DNA of 64,000 bases from Balanoglossus misakiensis (Eukaryota; Animalia; Hemichordata): assembly GCA_040954595.2 (NCBI GenBank), contig CM082579.2, positions 8,793,625 through 8,857,624 of the forward strand, written 5' to 3'. The position numbers were made by a program, and so were the translations under genes. Positions 51,101 through 61,400 of the stretch are shown here, in pieces; the stretch's first letter is position 1, and each line of letters starts with the position of its first letter. The notes beneath the pieces are model-generated. The model saw only the letters and a list, made by a program, of their open reading frames with translations. It did no database searches and was not told the origin of the DNA.

Positions 51101-51701
51101 TGAGTCACCATACACAGCTGCCAAAATTCATTGCATAACCACCAGCCATGACACCCAGGGAAGATATTTGCATAATAAAAGATATTTGCATATGAATGCG
51201 GGCTGTTAAGTTTTGATTATTCGTTGCAGGTTCCAATAATTATACCTATTGTATTCACACTTGCCATTCTATACCTGTCCATCACGGGTATCATAGCTGC
51301 ACCGGTAGAAACTGGCATTGGCTTTGCAATCATACTGACTGGCGTGCCGGCATATTACTTTGGTCAGTGGAATAAACCGCCTGCTTTCTACAAGATAAGC
51401 GGTGAGTAAGGTATCTTTAGGTTTAGCAAAACGCCAGTTACAAGGAAAATATCACGTTATCCTTTGCAATGGTTTAATCTGCAATTCTGTTTTTTACCAA
51501 TGCCACTCAAACAATGTATACATATATTAATACAGTTGGGCAAATCATTGACATGAAATAATTATAAGTGGACCAAGTATAAATGTGGGGGAAGGAAACA
51601 CAAATCATTCTTATTTTCTATGATTATGCCCCACAGATGCAGTCGGGAATTTTATTCAGAAATTTCTACTTGTTGTAAGCCAGGAAAAGAAGACTTACTA
51701 G
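48188..51701 (+). CDS. SLC7 L-type amino acid transporter light chain, tandem copy 3 (~498 aa)
   Basis: Exons 48188-48686, 49284-49409, 49645-49744, 49966-50134, 50266-50369, 50530-50641, 50810-50959, 51230-51401, 51637-51701 (TAG); same exon lengths and phases; ends QEKKTY. Confidence 0.95.
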
Positions 51702-52196
51702 TTCTCGATATGAACTGTCAGGACGGAAACAATTGCTATGGTTAATGGAAACGATATTGTCAGTTTAACATGAGAAGACTGTGCGCGCATACCCAATTAA
51801 TCCAAGCCTTTATTCACCCAAAATTAATAATACAGCGAATATACTAGTATATTATGTTAAAACGGGACTGCACTACACTGAACGAAATGCTGTCCGGTTT
51901 TCTACCAGTCGCATCTCACTTTGCCTAAAAATCAAAATAGTAGAAATATGCATAAATGAGTACACTTGTCATTTTATAGTTAATATGTGTACTTCACTTG
52001 CAGAAGCTTTTCTTGAATTAAATAATCCGGTAGCTTTTAAATCTGAGCACAGCAGGTTTTTCTTGCATAACGTAGTCTAGTTAAAATGAAAATGAGACTG
52101 TTGGATTAATGATATCAAACGAGCATATTCCATATTCCCTGATTTTGTTTAAAGATTCGCATATACATACATATCATACATACTGCATTGGGGTGG

Positions 52197-52998
52197 TTAA
52201 CCTGAACAGGCCATCGCAACTTGCATTCCCAGCAAGTTCGACATTGTGCTGGACATTGCACAGGGCAGGTTATTCATACAAGACTGGATAAGCTAAGAAA
52301 CAAACCATAATAGATGGAAACAGTATAAGTTGACGTGGACTGCCAATTCATGTAATGTGAGGAAATCAATGAGAAATCAGATCATCTAGCATCTGTAAAT
52401 TAAAACCTAAACTAAATGAGTTATCTGCATCAACGCTTAGTGAAGTATGTACACATGTTTGTATGAACAAAGGTTGTTGCGAATTTTAAGTTCTTCCAGA
52501 TTTCAGGAACATTAAAAATTCTAAGGAAATGTAAATACAACATGTATCTGCATAAAAGTTGATAGACTGTATGTAATTAGAGAAATATTAATATCACACT
52601 CACAAACTCGAATGGATGTGCTGTCTCGCTTAGTAAATGATCAAATTATTGCCAAGCAAGATTTTAACTTACCTGTTGGAGTGCGCACTCGTCTTCAGCG
52701 TCATAATCTTGAGTTCGACAAGTTTGAAAGTAGTCACCCTCTTCAGAGGCATAACACTATGCAACAAAACGTTGACAAGTAAGCTGAAAGGTTAATGTCA
52801 GGGTTTGTTGGATAAATAGATAAGCCAGCGCGCAATTTGAGCACCCTATGATCATTATCTGTGTAGGAAACTTCAGCAGAGCAGTGATGTAGATTCTAGG
52901 TACAATCTAGATTAAACACTCACCACAGGCCGCGCAACAACAATGCTTGCCAGGGATAGGCCTATGCAAGCCAGCAACAATACAGTTACAATCTTCAT
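52197..52998 (-). CDS. Small secreted cysteine-rich protein precursor, 84 aa, three coding exons (not in ORF track)
   Basis: Minus-strand exons 52998-52924 (MKIVTVLLLACIGLSLASIVVARPV, donor gtgagt), 52756-52673 (CYASEEGDYFQTCRTQDYDAEDECALQQ, acceptor ttgcatag, donor gtaagt), 52292-52197 (LIQSCMNNLPCAMSSTMSNLLGMQVAMACSG*, acceptor tttcttag); all joins phase 0; signal-peptide-like N-terminus. Confidence 0.85.
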
Positions 52999-53517
52999 AG
53001 CCTGTTGAACATTTAAAAGAAAGTGATGTTAATGGTGACTTATGTTCTGGGGAGTTTCCTAGCGCAGCCAGCGGTGAGAATGGGGGCAGGGGACCAGACT
53101 AACTCTTAGTGAGTGATTTCATGGCAGTCGTATGCAAATTCAAAAGCGCGTTCTGGGTCACGTGATTATCTGTTGGACCATCCTGTTTCTCTGAGATAAT
53201 GCAGTGCAATACGAGAACGCGAATATTAATAGTCTCGTAACAGTTGCCTCTTTTGATATCGTGAAAATTTCCCGTTTTACAGTATATGTCTTGAGGTTCT
53301 GTGAGAGAGCTAAAACCCTTTAACACCTCCGACTCTCAGTAAACCTCTTGCAATCAATTTTACCCGAATATACTAAACGTCTCTGTAATGGAGCACCTGT
53401 CAGGCAGATATATTTGCCAAGAGCTTGAAAGTTAATAAGGTAGCATAAAAGTACAGGGGATCATAGCATCTCAACACATTGTGAAAATAAAGGTATCGAA
53501 CATTTTGTCATACTTAC

Positions 53518-53608
53518 TGAGTCTTCGAAAGTCTCTTCTGCGCACTCTTTTCAATTTTGAGGGCCTTTGGTGAATACCAGACTAGAGCACGTTAATCTGC
53601 TTTATATA
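53518..53608 (-). promoter_or_regulatory. TATA box and non-coding first exon of the secreted peptide gene
   Basis: TATATAAA on minus at 53608-53601; exon ~53583-53518 ending in a GTAAGT donor (53517-12); acceptor ttcaacAG (CAG 53004-53002) 3 nt before the ATG. Confidence 0.65.
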
Positions 53609-54922
53609 ATACATTAAGTCTATTTTAAGGAATGAAAAATGATATATTGTCATATATATGCCTGTGTAAACTCTGGGGAAAACACTCTCGCTGCCATGCA
53701 GGTTATTTTTACGTATCATGCCCGGTTCAGTTGCCCAAATATGGTCATCGCCGAACCATCCTTATTCTCATTATCAGAAGTTACGAATATTGAACCATAC
53801 TGAACGCATACATTACTATCGTACTAGTGGTGACACATGTTTTTAAATAAACACGCGCTTACCTATTTTCGTCCACGAGTCTTTACTTTTTAATGCGTCA
53901 TGCACGGCAAAAATGTTAGAAAACTGTCGAAATTGCAGTGTTTCTTTTGTGTATATGTGTCTACTTGCCTACCACTACAAGTTATACGGTAGAAACACGA
54001 AAGACATATTGCATTTTGCTGGTTGTCTGACGGTTTTTACCGCATATGAGTCAGCAAAAAGTTAATAGACAAGACTAAAATAGACAAGCGCGTGTTAATA
54101 CAAAGCCCTACGTACAATTTATGAAACCCGACATTTATATTGAATAGATTCTATTGTAATTCGAGGAATACATTTCGAATATCTTCAAATTGAAAACATG
54201 CACTGACCTCGTGAATTCTCATGACAGTAAATGTGATATGCATGTAAAACTAATTTGGGTTGATTGTGTGTCTTTCAAACTCAGAAGAAAACACACATTT
54301 TATTTTTCGCCAATACACAATTGGCGCCCAGTTTCAGAGGAGAAAATTTGATTTTCGACGGAGATATCAATGTCAAATTACAACCATTCACATCTTAGCA
54401 CATTATTTCATAATTATCGCTCTCTTTCTCACTTCCTACAGAAAGTAATCGCTCAGAAGACAATTATGCAAACTTTATAAAACCATTTTATTTCACAATA
54501 CCATTATACATAAAATCACTAAACACATGGACGGGAATTGATATTCACGACAACACGGTAAGCGACACATGGACGGTTATATATTTACAATTAGTGTCGA
54601 CGAAATGCATTTACAGGAACGTAATTGAAATGATATATATGTATTTATACATTTTCTTAAAATATAAAATTCCCCTGTACATAGGAGGGTTCTACAACTA
54701 GAACGTCTATTTATTTCTGCCATGAAGACGTTATTCGACTTACGACCATCATGGTTGTGTCAGTTGGCAATTTAATCATTGGTTGTTGTTTTTACTACAG
54801 TATCTGTTAATTCAATACGGAGTCAAGGCAGGACACCTGGCATTTTAAATTGCCAATAAATGTAACAAAAAAACATACAATAAAATATACCCGCCCGCCC
54901 AACCAAACAAACAAACAAAACA

Positions 54923-55040
<118 letters not shown>

Positions 55041-55138
55041 GGAGACATACAGACAGACACAGGGATAGAGAGACAGACAGACGGGCAGACAAACAAACAA
55101 AATCTGAAAAAATGTCTGTGTAAATGCAATTTCAATGG

Positions 55139-55188
55139 TCATCTTGGTTCATTGATGTCATAGTTTTTGTGCTCCACTGTTACTGCAC
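55139..55188 (-). CDS. Candidate terminal coding exon of an unidentified minus-strand gene
   Basis: Strong acceptor cttttctctttcaacAG; phase-1 frame (G)AVTVEHKNYDINEPR-TGA; minus-strand AATAAA at 54715-54710 and 54492-54487. Confidence 0.4.
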
Positions 55189-55471
55189 CTGTTGAAAGAG
55201 AAAAGTCGTATTTAAGCTTTCACTGTATGCAAACGTTCCCTTTCTTTGTAAATCTACACCGACCTTCCGATCGATACGTTGCCAAGCCAAGCCATCCTGC
55301 AAATATAAGTCGTCGCGTTCGTTGCTTTATGTAAAAAGTCTGATTTTTCCTCAGGTCGAAATTATTGCATCATTTCCGCTGTAATGCATGCTGGATACCG
55401 AGAATAGTCTATTACTCCGCTCCCCACAGGTACACGGGGTCAGACGTGAAAAACTGGTTGGTGTCTATATT

Positions 55472-58400
55472 CTATAACCCATGGTTTTTTCAAAAAAATG
55501 AAGAAATTTCGATATTTCGCAAAGTCGAAAAATTGTCATTTTTGGATGATTTTCATGAGCTATAACCCATGGTTTTTTCAAAAAAATGAAGAAATTTCGA
55601 TATTTCGCAAAGTCGAAAAATTGTCATTTTTGGATGATTTTCATGAGCTATAACCCATGGTTTTTTCAAAAAAATGAAGAAATTTCGATATTTCGCAAAG
55701 TCGAAAAATTGTCATTTTTGGATGATTTTCATGAGCTATAACCCATGGTTTTTTCAAAAAAATGAAGAAATTTCGATATTTCGCAAAGTCGAAAAATTGT
55801 CATTTTTGGATGATTTTCATGAGCTATAACCCTTGGTTTTTTCAAAAAAATGAAGAAATTTCGATATTTCGCAAAGTCGAAAAATTGCCATTTTTGGAAG
55901 ATTTTCATGAGCTATAACCCATGTTTTTTTCAAAAAAAATGAAGAAATTTCGATATTTCGCAAAGTCGAAAAATTGCCATTTTTGGATGATTTTCATGAG
56001 CTATAACCCATGGTTTTTTTAAAAAAATGAAGAAATTTCGATATTTCGCAAAGTCGAAAAATTGTCATTTTTGGATGATTTTCATGAGCTATAACCCATG
56101 GTTTTTTCAAAAGAATGAAGAAATTTCGATATTTCGCAAAGTCTAAAAATTGTCATTTTTGGAGGATTTTCATGAGCTATAACCCATGGTTTTTTCAAAA
56201 AAATGAGGAAATTTCGATATTTCGCAAAGTCGAAAAATTGTCATTTTTGGAGGATTTTCATGAGCTATAACCCTTGGTTTTTTCAAAAAAATGAAGAAAT
56301 TTCGATATTTCGCAAAGTCGAAAAATTGTCATTTTTGGATGATTTTCATGAGCTATAACCCATGCTTTTTCAAAAAAATGAAGAAATTTCGATATTTCGC
56401 AAAGTCGAAAAATTGTCATTTTTGGATGATTTTCATGAGCTATAACCCATGGTTTTTTCAAAAAAATGAAGAAATTTCGATATTTCGCAAAGTCGAAAAA
56501 TTGTCATTTTTGGATGATTTTCATGAGCTATAACCCATGGTTTTTTCAAAAAAATGAAGAAATTTCGATATTTCGCAAAGTCGAAAAATTGTCATTTTTG
56601 GATGATTTTCATGAGCTATAACCCATGGTTTTTTCAAAAAAATGAAGAAATTTCGATATTTCGCAAAGTCGAAAAATTGTCATTTTTGGAAGATTTTCAT
56701 GAGCTATAACCCTTGGTTTTTTCAAAAAAATGAAGAAATTTCGATATTTCGCAAAGTCGAAAAATTGTCATTTTTGGATGATTTTCATGAGCTATAACCC
56801 ATGGTTTTTTCAAAAAAATGAAGAAATTTCGATATTTCGCAAAGTCGAAAAATTGTCATTTTTGGATGATTTTCATGAGCTATAACCCATGGTTTTTTCA
56901 AAAAAATGAAGAAATTTCGATATTTCGCAAAGTCGAAAAATTGTCATTTTTGGATGCTTTTCATGAGCTATAACCCATGTTTTTTTCAAAAAAATGAAGA
57001 AATTTCGATATTTCGCAAAGTCAAAAAATTGTCATTTTTGGAAGATTTTCATGAGCTATAACCCTTGGTTTTTTCAAAAAAATGAAGAAATTTCGATATT
57101 TCGCAAAGTCGAAAAATTGTCATTTTTGGATGATTTTCATGAGCTATAACCCTTGGTTTTTTCAAAAAAATGAAGAAATTTCGATATTTCGCAAAGTCGA
57201 AAAGTTGTCATTTTTGGAGGATATTCATGAGCTATAACCCATGGTTTTTTCAAAAAAATTAAGAAAGTTCGATATTTCGCAAAGTCGAAAAGTTGTCATT
57301 TTTGGATGATTTTCATGAGCTATAACCCTTGGTTTTTTCAAAAAAATGAAGAAATTTCGATATTTCGCAAAGTCGAAAAATTGTCATTTTTGGATGATTT
57401 TCATGAGCTATAACCCATGCTTTTTTCAAAACAATGAAGAAATTTCGATATTTCGCAAAGTCGAAAAATTGTCATTTTTGGATGATTTTCATGAGCTATA
57501 ACCCATGGTTTTTTCAAAAAAATGAAGAAATTTCGATATTTCGCAAAGTCGAAAAATTGTCATTTTTTGGAAGATTTTCATGAGCTATAACCCTTGGTTT
57601 TTTCAAAAAAATGAAGAAATTTCGATATTTCGCAAAGTCTAAAAATTGTCATTTTTGGAGGATTTTCATGAGCTATAACCCATGGTTTTTTCAAAAAAAT
57701 GAAGAAATTTCGATATTTCGCAAAGTCGAAAAATTGTCATTTTTGGATGATTTTCATGAGCTATAACCCATGGTTTTTTCAAAAAAATGAAGAAATTTCG
57801 ATATTTCGCAAAGTCGAAAAATTGTCATTTTTGGATGCTTTTCATGAGCTATAACCCATGTTTTTTTCAAAAAAATGAAGAAATTTCGATATTTCGCAAA
57901 GTCAAAAAATTGTCATTTTTGGAAGATTTTCATGAGCTATAACCCTTGGTTTTTTCAAAAAAATGAAGAAATTTCGATATTTCGCAAAGTCGAAAAATTG
58001 TCATTTTTGGATGATTTTCATGAGCTATAACCCTTGGTTTTTTCAAAAAAATGAAGAAATTTCGATATTTCGCAAAGTCGAAAAGTTGTCATTTTTGGAG
58101 GATTTTCATGAGCTATAACCCATGGTTTTTTCAAAAAAATTAAGAAAGTTCGATATTTCGCAAAGTCGAAAAGTTGTCATTTTTGGATGATTTTCATGAG
58201 CTATAACCCTTGGTTTTTTCAAAAAAATGAAGAAATTTCGATATTTCGCAAAGTCGAAAAATTGTCATTTTTGGATGATTTTCATGAGCTATAACCCATG
58301 CTTTTTTCAAAACAATGAAGAAATTTCGATATTTCGCAAAGTCGAAAAATTGTCATTTTTGGATGATTTTCATGAGCTATAACCCATGGTTTTTTCAAAA

Positions 58401-61400
58401 AAATGAAGAAATTTCGATATTTCGCAAAGTCGAAAAATTGTCATTTTTTGGAAGATTTTCATGAGCTATAACCCTTGGTTTTTTCAAAAAAATGAAGAAA
58501 TTTCGATATTTCGCAAAGTCTAAAAATTGTCATTTTTGGAGGATTTTCATGAGCTATAACCCATGGTTTTTTCAAAAAAATGAAGAAATTTCGATATTTC
58601 GCAAAGTCGAAAAATTGTCATTTTTGGAGGATTTTCATGAGCTATAACCCTTGGTTTTTTCAAAAAAATGAAGAAATTTCGATATTTCGCAAAGTCGAAA
58701 AATTGTCATTTTTGGATGATTTTCATGAGCTATAACCCATGCTTTTTCAAAAAAATGAAGAAATTTCGATATTTCGCAAAGTCGAAAAATTGTCATTTTT
58801 GGATGATTTTCATGAGCTATAACCCATGGTTTTTTCAAAAAAATGAAGAAATTTCGATATTTCGCAAAGTCGAAAAATTGTCATTTTTGGATGATTTTCA
58901 TGAGCTATAACCCATGGTTTTTTCAAAAAAATGAAGAAATTTCGATATTTCGCAAAGTCGAAAAATTGTCATTTTTGGAAGATTTTCATGAGCTATAACC
59001 CTTGGTTTTTTCAAAAAAATGAAGAAATTTCGATATTTCGCAAAGTCGAAAAATTGTCATTTTTGGATGATTTTCATGAGCTATAACCCATGGTTTTTTT
59101 TAAAAAATGAAGAAATTTCGATATTTCGCAAAGTCGAAAAATTGTCATTTTTGGATGATTTTCATGAGCTATAACCCATGTTTTTTTCAAAAAAATGAAG
59201 AAATTTCGATATTTCGCAAAGTCGAAAAATTGTCATTTTTGGAAGATTTTCATGAACTATAACCCTTGGTTTTTTCAAAAAAATGAAGAAATTACGATAT
59301 TTCGCAAAGTCGAAAAATTGTCATTTTTGGATGATTTTCATGAGCTATAACCCATGGTTTTTTAAAAAAAATGAAGAAATTTCGATATTTCGCAAAGTCG
59401 AAAAATTGTCATTTTTGGATGATTTTCATGAGCTATAACCCATGGTTTTTTCAAAAGAATGAAGAAATTTCGATATTTCGCAAAGTCTAAAAATTGTCAT
59501 TTTTGGAGGATTTTCATGAGCTATAACCCATGGTATTTTCAAAAAAATGAAGAAATTTCGATATTTCGCAAAGTCGAAAAATTGTCATTTTTGGAGGATT
59601 TTCATGAGCTATAACCCTTGGTTTTTTCAAAAAAATGAAGAAATTTCGATATTTCGCAAAGTCGAAAAATTGTCATTTTTGGATGATTTTCATGAGCTAT
59701 AACCCATGCTTTTTCAAAAAAATGAAGAAATTTCGATATTTCGCAAAGTCGAAAAATTGTCATTTTTGGATGATTTTCGTGAGCTATAACCCATGGTTTT
59801 TTCAAAAAAATGAAGAAATTTCGATATTTCGCAAAGTCGAAAAATTGTCATTTTTGGATGATTTTCATGAGCTATAACCCATGGTTTTTTCAAAAAAATG
59901 AAGAAATTTCGATATTTCGCAAAGTCGAAAAATTGTCATTTTTGGATGCTTTTCATGAGCTATAACCCATGGTTTTTTCAAAAAAATGAAGAAATTTCGA
60001 TATTTCGCAAAGTCGAAAAATTGTCATTTTTGGAAGATTTTCATGAGCTATAACCCTTGGTTTTTTCAAAAAAATGAAGAAATTTCGATATTTCGCAAAG
60101 TCGAAAAATTGTCATTTTTGGATGATTTTCATGAGCTATAACCCTTGGTTTTTTCAAAAAAATGAAGAAATTTCGATATTTCGCAAAGTCGAAAAGTTGT
60201 CATTTTTGGAGGATTTTCATGAGCTATAACCCATGGTTTTTTCAAAAAAATGAAGAAATTTCGATATTTCGCAAAGTCGAAAAGTTGTCATTTTTGGATG
60301 ATTTTCATGAGCTATAACCCATGGTTTTTTCAAAAAAATGAAGAAATTTCGATATTTCGCAAAGTCGAAAAATTGTCATTTTTGGATGATTTTCATGAGC
60401 TATAACCCATGGTTTTTTCAAAAAAATGAAGAAATTTCGATATTTCGCAAAGTCGAAAAATTGTCATTTTTGGATGATTTTCATGAGCTATAACCCATGG
60501 TTTTTTCAAAAAAATGAAGAAATTTCGATATTTCGCAAAGTCGAAAAATTGCCATTTTCGGATGATTTTCATGAGCTATAACCCATGGTTTTTTCAAAAA
60601 AATGAAGAAATTTCGATCTTTCGCAAAGTCGAAAAATTGCCATTTTTGGATGATTTTCATGAGCTATAACCCATGGTTTTTTCAAAAAAATGAAGAAATT
60701 TCGATATTTCGCAAAGTCGAAAAATTGCCATTTTTGGATGATTTTCATGAGCTATAACCCTTGGTTTTTTCAAAAAAATGAAGAAATTTCGATATTTCGC
60801 AAAGTCGAAAAATTGTCATTTTTGGATGATTTTCATGAGCTATAACCCATGGTTTTTTCAAAACAATGAAGAAATTTCGATATTTCGCAAAGTCGAAAAA
60901 TTGTCATTTTTGGATGATTTTCATGAGCTATAACCCATGGTTTTTTCAAAAAAATGAAGAAATTTCGATATTTCGCAAAGTCGAAAAATTGTCATTTTTG
61001 GAAGATTTTCATGAGCTATAACCCATGGTTTTTTCAAAAAAATGAAGAAATTTCGATATTTCGCAAAGTCGAAAAATTGCCATTTTTGGATGATTTTCAT
61101 GAGCTATAACCCATGGTTTTTTCAAAAAAATGAAGAAATTTCGATATTTCGCAAAGTCGAAAAATTGTCATTTTTGGAAGATTTTCATGAGCTATAACCC
61201 TTGGTTTTTTCAAAAAAATGAAGAAATTTCGATATTTCGCAAAGTCGAAAAATTGTCATTTTTGGATGATTTTCATGAGCTATAACCCATGGTTTTTTAA
61301 AAAAAATGAAGAAATTTCGATATTTCGCAAAGTCGAAAAATTGTCATTTTTGGATGATTTTCATGAGCTATAACCCATGGTTTTTTCAAAAAAATGAAGA

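Noticed and set aside
36896-51701. One of the SLC7 copies being a pseudogene
   Set aside because: All three have canonical splice sites and matching exon lengths and phases, and I found no premature stops.
53518-53581. Upstream minus-strand exon as coding
   Set aside because: It has no ATG, lies just downstream of a TATA box, and the next exon begins with the signal-peptide ATG, so it is best read as 5' UTR.
55505-55530. CENP-B box in the satellite
   Set aside because: TTCG...CG is present, but the spacing and the A and CGGG positions do not fit TTCGnnnnAnnCGGG.
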